64,000 nt of DNA from Raillietiella orientalis (taxonomy: Eukaryota), in NCBI GenBank assembly GCA_036172245.1, contig JAYWIR010000069.1, forward strand, positions 186,001-250,000, read 5' to 3'. Both the position numbers and the translations under genes were made by a program. This document shows, one piece after another, positions 36,329 to 49,845 of this stretch. Each line of letters opens with the position of its first letter. The stretch's first letter is position 1. The notes under the pieces are model-generated. The model had not been told where the DNA came from, made no database searches, and was given only the letters and a program-made list of their open reading frames with translations.

Positions 36329-39300
36329 CGAGTGAGAAATCTCAGAAATCATCTTAATTCGATACGACGCGGCCGTCCTCACGTTAGCCACTCTCTAAAT
36401 GTCTCCATTCTCCTTGCGTGAAGCAGACACGCCCTTCCCTCGAGTTTGCTTCCCTTTACCTTGCTGCATTACATCGAAAGCCCTGATCACATAAGAGCGC
36501 CCTTCTTCCTGTAGCTAGTGATGCTGGCCGCTCTATATTAATGCTGCTGCCCTGGAAATTCTGATTTGGAAATGGTGGGACTGAGCAGAGCTTCGCGCCA
36601 TCTGCATCCACAGAGGAATGAAACGTGTTGATCTACGAAGACGTGGAGATTCTTCCTGTTTCTTCCTACGAGGGGGAGGCTGGATTGTCGTCCATAGACG
36701 GATGAAGTTTTAGATCTTCCGGAGTTCTTTCAAGTCTGGTCTTTGGCCTTTTTCTGCCTGCACTGATGACAGTATCAGTGAAAGAAGAAAATGGGACGAG
36801 TCGTACAGTGTTGCATGAAATGGACCCCTGAAACGACGGGATGGTGAGAGAGGAAAGCTGCTTCTGTTCATCCCGTTTTCCTCGATTGACTTTCATGCTG
36901 TCTCCGTAGATGCCCACATCATGCTCACATCGCACTTCGGGAATGGCTGTGATTCCGGTCCTGATGCTGCATCTTGCGACACGAAGTTCTCAGATCACCC
37001 ACAGCAGCTGGGAAGGATGAATGAAAAATACGAAGCAAGCAAACAGCATCACTTCAGAGAAGCACTCCTGTAAGATGCAGTAGCACCATCTCTATCAAGA
37101 TCAAATGGTTAAAGTGATGACCCGGATGCGGCCATAAGCGCGCGAGAGGAACGTCGATTGAAAGCTTCGCGTCTTGCGTGGAGAATTCCGTCGATTCAGA
37201 CCGCAGTTACCGTTCATTCAAGAGTGAAACAGCCTCCGAGCTGCTTTCCGACGTGCTTCCTTGTTCCAGGACATCCTTCTCTGCTTTTTGAAGGTCTGGA
37301 TACCTGGAAGGTCTGTGCATCCCTGAAAGAAAGCACCTGGTTGTCTGTGTTGCAGCCTGCTGAGTGTCTTTACCTGTGGTCCTGGTCTTTTCACGTGCAA
37401 AAACTCCTCTCTTGGGATGGCAGCCTCCTCCTCGCACTCCTCCGATTTCATTGTCTTTCAGGCATTGATGGACAGTCTTCTTAGTGGATTCTTCCAGACG
37501 GAAGAGGCGCCCCCTGTGCGCCGCTCCTGGTCAGGGAGAAACCCTGGATGGCGTTCTGCTTTTGCCCCGGTCGGAACCCACGGAAACGGGAAGTCGGTCG
37601 GAACTTTCCTGGTTGAAGGCATTCTTCAAAGGTTTTCTCCTCGTTGATCTTCAGAAAAAAGCACGCAGAGCGCCAGGTTCTTGACTCCAGCCGGCAGCAG
37701 GTTCTTTTCTCGGAATCCTCCCAAACTCTCGCCACCCCTCCCAACGCTGAGGGCCTACCGTGGACTCTCAGAGGAAGCAGGAAAGGCAGCATCTCTTGTG
37801 CTTCGACTGGAACCACGCTGTTCCTTTGTAGTCGGATTACTGCCCTCTTACTCCGAAGTGCTTGGTAGTTAGCGGTCTCACAGTCCCGGTCCTTGCTACC
37901 TTCAGCATCCGCGGTCGAAGAACATCCATCTCGCGGAAAGGAGAAGGAGCGGTTTTTATTAACACCTGCTATGTCTTCAGCTACAAATGCTTACAGTAGG
38001 CAACAGCCTGAGCAAAACGTCCATTTGTATTCCTGGCGAGACGTGGCCTGTCGGCATCTCCATCTCTCAGATTGATCATTACCATCTTTCGCTTGCTTCC
38101 CGCTCTGCGGATCATGTCTTGAACTGGCGGACTAAGCCGACTTCTCGCATTTGCGTAATCGCCTTCTTCACACCGAAATTGGAACATCAATCTCTCGGAT
38201 TCAATAACTGTCGCATCATCTGGACCACTCTCTCGATGCAAACGGAACGGTCCCCCTGATCGAATCAGCGCCGTTCCTCTTGACCGAGACACTCTCGAAA
38301 GTCCATCTTCTGGCGCGAAAGAACCGCTCAATGGGGCTGTGCGGTGAGGTGTGAGCTGCGCGCGCTCACCTCCTCTCCGCCGCCGCCCAGAGGCTCCGAG
38401 CGAGCAGCTTGCACCAGGCTGGCGCTTGCAGTCGGCCTCACTCCCGAAGCGGTCCCGGTCAGCTTGCAGCTCCGACAGCAGCGGCAGGTCAGGGGGCCAG
38501 GGAGGACTTCGAGAGAAAACGCCACAGCGAGTGCGAGAATGGATGCGGAGGCACAACAAGCATATCGTGAAGCTGGAAGGATACTTTTAGAGCGATTCCG
38601 TGCCCAGGAGCGAGCAGAGGATGGGCAAAGTGGTCGCTGGCCTGGATCACCTCGGTGTCACCTGGAGAGGAAGGCAAAAACGCGGATGACGACCTACAGA
38701 GGGCAGAATTGCAGACAGGCGCCCTTGACTCGAGTGTCGCCCGCAATCCAAGAGGATAACCAGGAGCTCGAGAGCGCGTCCACTGGGCAGCCTGCATCAG
38801 AGAAGGAAGAACAGACCCTGAGCGAGGTGCGTCCGGGTGAGCTGGAGATGTAAGAGTTTTCCAAGGCGTAGGCAGGACAAGCAGCAATCACCTCCGCAAA
38901 CAAAGCCGGAACTTGTTGAAGACCAGATGAAGTCAGATGGGCATTTCCTAGGACAGAAGACGGCCATGACGGATAGCTCCGCCCTTCCAGCGCACCTGTT
39001 GGTGGTGAGGTGCAGTTTTTTTCAGAGACAGAAGCCACCGTGGTAACTTGCCAGCTCCCAAAGACGGAGACTTCGGTCTCTGCCATCAGTTTCACCCATG
39101 TGGCATCCTGGAAGCTCCGTCTTCGGGACAGCTTGCGCAAGTGTATGAGCATGAGGGACCTCCATTCCTTCTAGATTTTCTTTCATTCCTCATGTTGACA
39201 GTTTCTCTCCTGGAGGCCGGAATCAACGCTGCCTTTCTTGCCTATCCTCCTCCTCCACATTTCGTTTCCATACCCGACTACAGAGCAGGAATGAGGAAAT

Positions 39301-39999
39301 GAAAATCTCTTGGACAGCACACGTTATCCCTCGTCTTGTTCTGCACCGTCTGCTTAAATCTCTGGAGTGTTGCTGCTCCGTGACAGGAGGGACCGAAAGG
39401 CAAGAGAATTCGAGACAAGAAACATGGTTTCAATGAGGACAATGAAACTTTATTTGATAAAGAGAGGAATCCATAGAAACTGCAGCCCTGAATCTTACTG
39501 AAGCCTCGAGCTGTCACGGCTCGCGGCACTTACCCTGAGGGTGCTCGGTGCTTCGCGGACGGCCAGGACCATGCTGGGCGCCGTGCCGCGTGCTTGGCCC
39601 GGCTTTCGAGAGGAGCCTCGCATCCAAGGCTTCCGTTGCGCTCCTCCTACACCGAAGAAAATTCCGGCACAGAGACGCAGGTCGGGGTGGAGCGCGGGAG
39701 CGCGCGCGGCCGTCGTCAGAGTAACCAGATATTTGCTGCTCCGGTTCGCTTCCGCATTCGTCACGCCCGCATTCTCGTCACCGAACCACTCAGACGTTGC
39801 CGGGAGCTCTTTGGTCTTTGATCCCCGGCACCATCAGGAGCTCTGACAACCTTGATCTTCGATCCCTTCGCTGAAGAACCATTTGGTGAGCCCATTGATT
39901 TCGGTAATCGTGATTTTCATTCATCTCGAGCTTGAATTCCCTTTTTAATTTATGTGTTTTCCTCGCGTCGTCCAAGATCAGATGCGAGAACGAGGTGTT

Positions 40000-42900
40000 G
40001 GTTTCTCACCCGGTTTTTCCGGGGCATCCATTATAAAAATAACAATAAAATTCACACAAATGTTACAGTAATGTGGTAGAACACCTTGGTTCTACCACAC
40101 GCGAGAAACTTGTCAAGACTGGTATGTAGACCGGCAAGGTTCGTTTCCATGGCGCCGGGAAAGGGAAAGCCGAAAAGAAAAGACAAGCAAGAAAACAAAA
40201 AACAAAGAGGGTGGGAGCAGTTTTTGGAGAGCTAAGAAGGGGGGGGGGTCTGGGAAGGGATTACGTGTCGCTGGGAGACGCCCTCCTCATCTTGTCCAGG
40301 ATGCTGACCAGTTCGGTCGTTGATGCACACAGGTAGGGCTACCTCGAGGAGGTCTCCATGAAGACTGTCGAACAGTTGATGGTTTTCTGCGATTCTGGCC
40401 TCTTCTTTCCGCGGTCCAGGCTACCAAGATTCCGCGGACACAGCAGAGAACTGCTAAGGACGCGGCTGGCTGTAGTGCGGCACCACGGAAGAGGAGGCGT
40501 TCGTAAATGTCCCTGGGGCTACCTACCGTGATTTCTAGGATCGCCGATAAACTATCCCAAAAGGATTGGAGGGCGGCACAGTCCAGCAGAAGGTGCAAGA
40601 AAGTATCTTTCTCACCGCACTTATTGCAATTGGGATCCACACATCCTCGTACCCAATAAAGGGGGCGAGCTTTGCATGGGATTCCCCAATGCAACACAAG
40701 CAGCGCCATCTCTCGCCACTTGAGGGTGCCACTGTTTCAACACGCTGAGAGTCACTTCATCTCCTCCGGAGGTATAGTGTGCAGCTCGCTCCAGCGGGAG
40801 AGTCCTTTCGGCGGGACACTCGGAGCTGCAGCGTCCGTGAGCTGCTCATTTGTCCACGCACTTAGCGGTTTCTTCCTTCCTGCAATGCAGCAGGACACTT
40901 CCCATCTTGCAGGAAGGTCGCTGTCCCTTGATTCCCTCAGGGAGGCAGCACTGGGGCAAGGGGGTGGATGATTTCCACAGCAGCTTGCATGGGTTCCGCA
41001 CGATCTCCTGCAGCGGCTGTTGAGCGTGCCGTACTTTCCGGAGGCAGGCCTACTCCGTCTCGCTCGAGCCATGGATCTCTCCACATGCCGAAACTGACTC
41101 CTGAAGCCAGGCGGTGCAGTTCGCGGGGAGGCAGGAGATCCAAGTGTTCTCCTGCACCAAGGCAACCATTCGACGTAGCTGATGGCCACAATGCCTCAGG
41201 CTGGTGTCGTTTGCCACGAAAGTTGACCAGTCCTTGGCACTCGGTTGCTCTTTTGTCCAGCAGGAGTGCGAGTGCGCACCAAGGCGTGGTCCATAGCCTC
41301 GCCACGAGGGCGAGTCTTGTCGATTGGAGCTGAAGCTCCATCCGCCCCAAAGTAAGAAGGTCCAGTTCACCGTCCTCATGAGGATCACACAAGTCTTTCA
41401 GCCTTACGCGGGACCTCCCAGTGCCTCACAGGGCTTTTCTAAGAAGGTCCTCGGTTCGCTTAGGTGGGGCAGGACAAACAAAAATCAGGAAGCGGAGGAG
41501 AGGAGTCGCCAATGCGTCCCACACCGCGGTCCGTTCCTGCAAGTAAAACTTGCAGTTCTGGAACGGGCCAAGTGCCATCTCTAATTTTTTGGAGACGACT
41601 GGACCAGACTTCCGCAACGCAAAAGTTCCCCAGCGCAACGTCAGGGAGGATCTTTAAGCGGATCCACTCCGGCCGTCCTACCCACGCCGCACCGACTGGC
41701 AGCAGTGATGATTTTGCCCTGTTCACCTGCAGGTCCGTCCAGCTTCTAAACAACTCAAATTCCTCAAGTGCCGATGCCAAGTTGAACATAGGGAGTAGCA
41801 GCAGAAGATCGTCAGCATGAGCAAGCGTCTTCGAACACAAGCTCGGCAGGGTTGCCAGAGTCTCCCTGTATACTCTCAGCACCAACTCGAAGTAGATGAT
41901 GAAGAGCAAGGGTCTCAGGCTGTCACTTTGCCTGATACCACGGCGAACGGGCACTCCGTACACGTGCCAACCTCTAGAAGAAATGTTTATTGCGCAAAGC
42001 AAGCAGGATCACAGATAGTCAAGGAAGACAGTCGGGAACCTCATGAGTTCCAGGATCTCCAGAAGTCGAAAGCTTTGCTCAAGTCGACTGCGACTGCAAG
42101 GGTTCCCGTCGCGTCCGTCCCTCCTTGGTCCCCCCCTCTCTGCTCAGAGGAGAATCCAGGATTCTCTTCGGGGCAACGCGTTGCCGCTACTGCCACCATG
42201 TGCTGGCGAGGAACAGGTTGGCTGTCATGGTTCGTCCGCAAACAGCGTACGTCTGCTCCGGACTGACCACGGATTTGGCTACCCGTCCCAGTTGCTCAAC
42301 CCACAGTTTGGCAAGCAGCCTCGCGCCCGCATTCACCACTGTGATGGGACGTCAGTTGCGTACGTTGCGAAGGTCTTCCTTGGGAAGGAGACGTACTCTA
42401 GCTGATCGGAACGAGTTGGGAAGATCCCATCGTTCGCGGATCAGCGTGCATAGTCGGCGAACCAGGAACGCCAGCTCTGCCGCGAAACATTGGTAAAATC
42501 CTGCTGGCAGACCGTCATTTGGTGTCTTACGCCTCTTTAGCTTTACTATGGCGCAGATGATCTCCTTCGTGAAAGGCTTCTCGATCATAAGTCGGTCCTT
42601 CCTTGACGCGGGAGCCCCCTCTGGCAGCATCGCTGCTCAAAGCAGCGCTCCCATCACGCGATGCTGACGTCTCGTAATGGGAGGAGTAGAGTCATGCATC
42701 ATGCGGATTACCTGATCTGGATTGAAGTGCTCCTGGCCCTGGCCGTTCAGTAAACTGGATGACCCGGATTGCCAGGCCTGCCTCTCGGTCCCAGCTTTCT
42801 ATTCAGCCAGGCGTCGGACGTCGGAATTCCTGCAATAGTGACGGGCGTGGAGGTACGTCCACTCGTTCCTTGATCCCTCTCCAAACCCTGGAGGAAGGCG

Positions 42901-44740
42901 GTCCAAGGGGAACTGGTCGCAAGAATCGCGGACCGAGAGTTTCAGTTCGTCTCAGCCCTCGAGCGTTCGCAGTTCGAACCCTCGAGGGAATGCAGCAGAG
43001 ATGCTCCGCTGCTCCTGCGAGGTTCAACCAGTCTCCTGGGGGGAGGGCGAACCACTGTCGCGCAGATGGATTTCGACCACGAGCAGGGAGTGGTCGGACA
43101 GCGTCGACCGTATTGCGCCACGACTACCCACCCATGCGCCCAGGCGGTTGTCGAGGAACACGTGGTCGATACTCCCCTCCATCCTGGCTTGTCCGGTCAA
43201 GAAGTTGCGCGCGTGCATTGCCGCGCACATCTCGTTGACCAGATTGGCGCTTTTGTTCGGCGCACCTGACAGCAGGCGGACGTTGAAGCTTTTCACCAGG
43301 TCACGCCAAGGAGTTTATTAAGATGAATCAGTCGAGAACAAAGTTCCCAAGCAAGTCAATAAAAAAAAGGCGGGGATGTCCACAGGCACGCAGACCGGGA
43401 AAACGGAAAGTCCGAACGAGGGAACGAGGGAGGGACAAGGGAGCAACAAAAACAAACAAAATGGGAGGGAAGGGGCAGGGATCTTTGGTTGCGCTTCGCA
43501 TTCACTGGCATAGAAAAAAAAAAAAAGAAAGCACCGGGAAAGTTACGGAGAGGATGAGAACAAGGAATGAGGAAAAAAAAATGGCGGGAATCACCGGGAC
43601 AAGGATCACCGGGTTCGCCGTTCCAAGCGGCCCATGAACCGGCGGTGGATGCCGGTGATCTCCTCCTTTGCTTCTTCTCCCAGCTAAGACCACCTTGCAG
43701 CCGCTCCCATGTGAGTGGCTGCCATTCTGGTGACCTCCCTTTGATGTCTGATGATTTCCTTCATCTGTCTGGACGCAACGATGACCCGGATGCAACGGAC
43801 GCCGTTATTGCAGTCGTAGGCGCGGATGCAACCCACGGTTGCAATAACGACGTCTATGGAGAGGTCTCTGGGAGTAAAGAACTGCTGCAGCACGTCTCTT
43901 GCGGTATCCTTCTGGTGCAGAAGTGATGTTGCCAGCCTGCGCCACAGTTCCTGGAGGGCACCGCGATCCAAAAGCATGGGCAGGGTCGACTCCGTCAAAC
44001 CGCACCTCGCGGACACAACCTCTCCGGAGACTCGATGCCGTCGCTCGTTACCTTGGAATCATCAGTGGATAAAGAGCAGTACGGCCTGCTTCCAGGCAAG
44101 GAGGAACAACGAACTGTCCAATAACTGGGGAGGGACTACTAGTTCCTTGGAGACAACACTCCAGAGTTCTCCCCACAGAAGGAGTCCCTTCGCCAAAGCA
44201 CGCGGAGTGCCAGCATCCGCCAGCTCGCCTGTCTTCCAGCCGCCGAGGAGTCTGGTTTTTCCCGCGATTGTGCAGGAAAACTCCCACCTCGCCGGTAGTC
44301 AGCTATCGTCTCTCGCCCTGAGGGCAGACAGCGCTGCAGCGAGGGGTGTGGAGTCCGGGGTTGAAAACTTCACCGCGTCCTGCATTATCTCTCCCAATGG
44401 TCGTAGTAGAAGATGTCTCAGGAGACAAAGATCTTCAGGGCGCATTCCCTGAAACGCAGCCCAGAACGGACATTGAAGTCTTCGGTCATCAGTCCTACTC
44501 TGCGCATGCCTGCTTCGGTCAGCCAATCGCGCTTCAGGCCTTCGTAGAACGTACTACGTTCTTCAGGCCTGTTGTTGACGCTGGGAGCGTACACGTTCGT
44601 TATGACCAGGTCGATCAAGTCGGACCACTTGACCATAAGTTATCCAACTCGAGATTTGTCCCGAACTGTACGTCGCGCAGAGCGCTATGGATGGCTGTCT
44701 TCAGCAGGAAGGCCACTCTGAGGGAGTGGACGGTGCGCTG
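40000..44740 (-). mobile_element. Most complete L1/Tx1-like ORF2 in the window (APE, RT, zf-RVT, 3' UTR), degenerate and interrupted by a nested insertion
   Basis: Motifs in order: NVYAP...EDFN (44418-44636); IDHVF...SDHSLL (43024-43296); PFTKEII...DGLPAGFYQCF (42352-42630); VDLSKAFD; GIRQSDSLRPLLF; AHADDLLL; VNRAKS (41460-42002); LHWGIPC...CNKCGEKDTFLHLLLDC (40287-40709); terminal stem-loop at about 40008-40024. Confidence 0.92.
43289..44466 (-). mobile_element. 5'-truncated L1/Tx1-like copy nested in the endonuclease of another copy, with a 12-bp target-site duplication
   Basis: zf-RVT (SARCGLTESTLPMLLD) plus 3' UTR stem-loop, flanked by CGGACGTTGAAG (43277-43288) and CGGACATTGAAG (44467-44478). 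Confidence 0.8.
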
Positions 44741-45539
44741 AGGTCTTGATAGGGTGCCTACTCTTCACCATCGTCACTGCCGCCATCAACTTCATCCACA
44801 GAGTCCCAATATGCTAATGAGTGGACCCAGATTCGGTTCCAGCAGCAGTTCGGTATATTGGAACTTCCCGTACGTATTTAAAGTGTAAAACACTTAACGA
44901 GGACTTCTCGTAACTGGTTATGGAGGAAGCAAAGAGCGTCTTCAGCACCGTCTTTAGTGATTTTTTACTCGATGCCATCCAAGGAGGGGCATTTCTCCGG
45001 ATCGAGCCTCCTCCGAGTTGGTCAGTTCTGCAGCGATCTGCAGCTGCATTCGACATGACGGGACCTTGCATGTGTGGTCAGTCCAGAAGTCGGATGGAGG
45101 TCTCATGACCGCTTGCCAAGTTGCTACGGCAGCGTCACATAGGCCATGTCAGGGTGAAAAAGCACCAGCACCTGCACGCGAGTTGGTTTAGGTCCATCAG
45201 CGCAAACGGAAGCCCTTTCGGTGGAATTCGCGCCATCGTGGTGCGTGGCAGACCTTTCCCCAGCTGGTCTTCCTTTACCTCTCCTTTGATTCCTTCATGA
45301 AGTCCCGAATCGTTTGAGTCCTGGTCCCAGCACCAAAACTCGAACGATTCGGGAATCCTTTAGGCTCTTCTTTTGCTGTCTTTACTGTTTTCCTTCCAGC
45401 GTTTTTTTTTTTTTCTTCGGGTTTTCCTTTTTTTTTTTTGCCTCGCTGAGTATCTCAAGAACAGTCGCGCCCCTGGCGGCAGCTCATGCAGCTCTTTAAC
45501 GCTGTTCCACGTCACCCGACAGTGCGTGTAATTCTTCAA

Positions 45540-46150
45540 AGTAGGGGGTGTCCCGAGAGGGATCTGCTCTATGAATCCAGGCAGGGCTCGGAGTCCGTTC
45601 CTCTCGCACCTGGGGAGGGATGCCCGGAATGGAGATCACCTCCACCCTGGTTGTCTCCAAAGGAGAACCCCGAAGGCAATCTCCTTCCTTATTCTCTCCG
45701 GAGGGACCCTTGGAGGGGTCCTGTCCATTTTGTCGTCTCCGAAGGGAAGGGACGCTTCGGAAATTCAGAAGAGTGCTGCTTCCCCCGAGGGAGCGACGCT
45801 CTTCTCTGCACTCTCTGGGGAGGTGGCGACACTCCTACTCCATCCGAACGACACGGAGGATCCTCCCGGAATGAGGAATCCGCTCCTTCACAACCGGAGG
45901 GGAGATCCCACTACATGATTCCTGGAAGGACTCGAAGGTCGACTCCCATTGTCTCGACCCTCCTAGGGAGCCTCCGGTTTTAACCGCTACCGGTGTCGCG
46001 CCCAAATGAACGTAGGCCAACCGGTGTCATCTTGCGGGAGGAACTCGAACTTACGCACCACGACGCACTGCTTCGATTTCTTTCGATGTAATCGAATCCG
46101 CAACGCTTGGGATGGTGGTACACTGGAGATCATGACCACCTGGCCTTCGA
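45540..46150 (-). mobile_element. ORF1/5' region fragment of the L1/Tx1-like family
   Basis: Same orientation and repetitive block as 22.9-23.4 kb (CCTTATTCTCTCCGGAGGGACCCTTGG). Confidence 0.55.
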
Positions 46151-46919
46151 AGGGAGGCCTCAGGACAAAGACCCAGACACTTGAGACCTCCTTGGGATCC
46201 TCGCCTACGCGATCTTTGTCCCTGGAAAAGTCTTCTGTCCAAGGCCGCTCAGAAATGACCAGTTGCTACTGCTTCTTGCAGAAAACTGTTGGTGCCAACG
46301 GATTTTATGCCTTTCGGTCCGCGTTTGGTGTCACCGGAAGATTCCTGAGAGGATGAACTCGGATTCCTGGGGGCGTGAACGTTCCGAACGCAGCTCCTGG
46401 CATTCGGAGGATCGATAACACCGGATGGCGGTCGTTGCCTCCCGAACCTGCCTCATCTGAATCTCATTCTGAGTCCTCCCTTCCAGTAGCTCACCCGTGG
46501 ATCTTCTACCGCCCCGCAACTGGAACGCCTGGAGGCAGTAGGCACTGGGGTCCCGGGTGGCCACTTTGGAAGTCCCTGAATTGTCATTCAAGGTCAAAAA
46601 TGCTCCCCATCTACTGCCGCATTTCGTGTCGGAGGAGAATGCAACAAACCACACCCTTATGCCACATCCACAGCTCCATGTCATCGCTGAGAGACGACCA
46701 CCGTGGAGCCACCGAAGCAGTCATTCTTTCTTTGCTCTTCTGGTTGGCCATCTAGCAGGCAGCTTCCTAGATGGGGAAGGCAGCTAACGGCACGGAAGCC
46801 ATGTTTACCGCACGCTCCCGTCCCATGGAACAAGCGACTTTCTAGGTACTAGGAAGGTAGCCAAATCCAGTCCTAGGAGGAATGGATTTGGTTGACCCCT
46901 GAGGTATCTGTCCTCGCTT

Positions 46920-48105
46920 CTGGTAGCTCACCCCTGCGTCTCCTGCCGCTCTCGAAACTGGAACGCCTGGAGGCAGTAGGCACTGGGGTCCCGGGTGACC
47001 ACTTTGGAAGCGCGCCCAGGAGCAGCTCTTATGCAGGCCTCTGGAAGACCTCCTGAATGACTGGACGCAGCGGTCCCGGATCGCCGTCACATCCCTTCCC
47101 GCAGCTCTGCCTGCCCTCAGGGAAAATGATGACAGCGGCCAACCGGCGGAATGAGAGTTCTTCTGCACAATCGCAGCAGTCGAGAAACTCCTGGACGGCT
47201 GCAAGACGAGCGAGTTGGCGGATGCCGCCGCTCCTCGTTCCCGGGAGAAGGGACTCCTTCGGTCGAGCGACCTGCTCGGTGTGCCCCCCTCGAAGAACTC
47301 GCGATCCCTGCCCTGCGTGCGGACACGCTCCCTGTTCCCACTGCGTTGGCAATGTTGAGGAAGTTCTGCTGTTTCTGCACTGAGGATTTCGTTCAAGACA
47401 TCTGGTTTCCGGGAAAGTTGCCTCCCCGAACTGTTCCAGGTGCAGGGCGATACAATCGTTCCCTGCAGATCCTGCTGGACTGCAGTGTCCTGGAGGACAT
47501 GTGGTGGAGACTCCCTTCAATGCCCCATCAACCGCAGGACTCCCTCCGTTTCGGACTTGTTGCAGCGCTTCTTCACTCGAGGTGGGCTGACGTCGGGCGC
47601 TGTGGTCGCAACGGGCTGCCGCATCCACGCCATCCTCACAGTCCGCTCCGTGATGGAGTGTCGTTCGCAGGGAAGGAAGGCCACCTGCATGGCAACCTGC
47701 TCCGTGAGATTGGCTGTAAGGTGGCGGCCTGGAGCCACGCGTGAGGAGGACGGCGCGATAAGAATGCCATCTGCTTCTCCCTGCGCTTCCTGCGAACAGC
47801 AGCAAGGTGGTCCCACCTGGAGCATACTCGGATAAAACTTGCCGGCATCCTGGAAAGGATGCGGAGGACTCCCTCTACCGGACGAGAATCTCTTCCTGTA
47901 CCCCCAGAGTTTTGTTTTTTAATGATTTTTATTTTATTTTTATTTGTGCCTCTCCCCTCCGCTGCCTAGGTGAACCTCGCCAGCCTGCGTGCCAGTTACT
48001 CGTCAGTTCCGAGCATTTTCAGACAATGTGGGGTCGATGGCTCTTTACATGTACGTTGATGTTTTCTTCATAAGCGTCCCGGAGTGACGGGATTGATAAA
48101 CCAAG
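46920..48105 (+). mobile_element. L1/Tx1-like ORF2 3' end with complete 3' UTR
   Basis: Homologous to copies A/B/C (RRDSFG motif, PNCSRC), ending in CGTCCCGGAGTGACGGGATTGATAAACCAAGC, similar to 875-905. Confidence 0.7.
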
Positions 48106-48106
48106 C

Positions 48107-49500
48107 GTCGCGGGTTCGAATACCCGGAAAGAATCGACGCCGAGAGATGGGGGTGCGTCGTGGGTTCGAGTTCCTCCCGCAAGATGACACTGGTTGGTCT
48201 CTGTTAGGGTGGCTCACTGGTAGCGGTTAAAAGCGGGTGCTCCTGATGAGTGGCAGGGATTGGGAGTCTACCCTTCGGAGCCCTTCCAGGAATCAAGGAG
48301 TGGGAGTTGTCCTCCGGTTGTACAAGGGAGCGGACCTTCCCTTCGTGGAGACCCTCCTCGGAGTAGTGTGTCGCCACCTCTCCAGAGAGTGCGGAGGAGC
48401 GTGCGGCTCCCTTCAAGGAACGCCATTCTGAGAAATTTCGGAAGCGTGCCTTCGAGATTCTCTTTAGAGGAGGATACCAGGAGCAGTTCCCTTGCGGGTT
48501 TCCTCGGGAGAGAATAAGAAAGAAGATTTCCTTCGGGGTTTCCTTCAGAGACAACCAGGGTGGAGATTCCCTTAGGGGATCGCTGCCCAGGCGTGAGAGG
48601 AACGGGACTCCCTTCTCCGGAGCCCTATCGGGGTTCATAGGGTGGTCTCCACCCTGGCTGCCCCTTACTTTAAAGGATGTCTGCTGGAACTTCAACGAGA
48701 CCATCACGGTTCCAAGACCTCTTGCGGATCAGCGCTGCTCTTCCCGTGCTTTCAGGAAGAACCCGGGAGGAAGGCTGATGTCATCTCAGGCGAAGATCAG
48801 CGACCTCACGTCTGTTGGGCCAGACCGATGAGGCAGCTAGAGGGGACAGTCTTCTCGGGAGAGTTCATTCTTGCCTTTGCCATCCCTATCGAGACGGAGC
48901 TCCACCGCTTCTTCCTCCTTCCGGTTTTAGGTCCGGAGATCTGCTATCAGAAGGGAAGAAATTCCGGTTTTGCCGACAGTTTCCAGGTGGACTCTCCTGC
49001 CGGCTCTGATCTTCGGCCCCTGAGACTTCCAGTCAATTCGGCAGCTCTCCAGACATTCGGATCCTCCGTGAGCCAAGTAGGAAGCTGCTTTGAGTCTTGA
49101 AACCACCGTGCCTCCCTGATGCACCCTTTGCAGCTTCAAGTGGACCCGGGAGCCTCGAACAGGCTGTCCAAATTGAAGAGTGCGCTCTCTGGTCCTCTCC
49201 CACGAGAACGATCCCTGAGAAGAGACGGCCTCACGGGTTCTTTTCCCCCAGAAACACCTCGCTGAAGCGACTCCGCACAGCTCCCGTGAGTTGGAGGGGT
49301 TGGCAGCCAATTTCCTTGCCCCGAGATGTTTCGGGTGACCAGCGGATGGAGGGAACGTTTGATGGAGGCTCCATCATGCAGTGACGGAATTCTCCACCTT
49401 CCGCTTATCCGACCACGGCAGGAAAATCGGGAACTCCATAAGCAGCGACCATCCATCAGGATTTTCCCCGCTGACTGGAGCGGGATCGCCTCATGCTTGA
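48107..49500 (+). mobile_element. ORF1/5' region fragment of the L1/Tx1-like family
   Basis: Begins with the GTCGCGGGTTCGAAT motif and continues as the reverse-complement homolog of 22.5-23.4 kb and 45.5-46.1 kb. Confidence 0.55.
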
Positions 49501-49845
49501 GCAAACTCCCATGGTAGATTTACCCACTCATGTGTACTTTCTGGTCAGGGCTGAATGACATTCCTGAAGAGTGGGTCCTTATTACCGATACTTAGCGCAA
49601 CCTGTCACTCTCTAATCACGGCTGACTGTTCTGTCTTAAAAGGAGAACCGCCAGGGTGTTTCCGTGCGGGCGTCTTTCTTCATCGGAAGTCACTTAGCGC
49701 TCTGTCTGCAAGGGTTGCTTCAACTCGCTCAGAGACTTTTTTGTGTGCTTTTCCAACTGGTACATTAAGGAATATCTCGAAGTGCAGCCACGACGAGTCA
49801 CAGGCGTTCGATTCCCATGCTGCAGGTAAAGCCACGCCTTCTGCT

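Noticed and set aside
49540..49845. EATLADRALS as a Mononegavirales L (SDK(A/S)xS-like) motif
   Set aside because: A single short degenerate motif without convincing neighbouring motifs.
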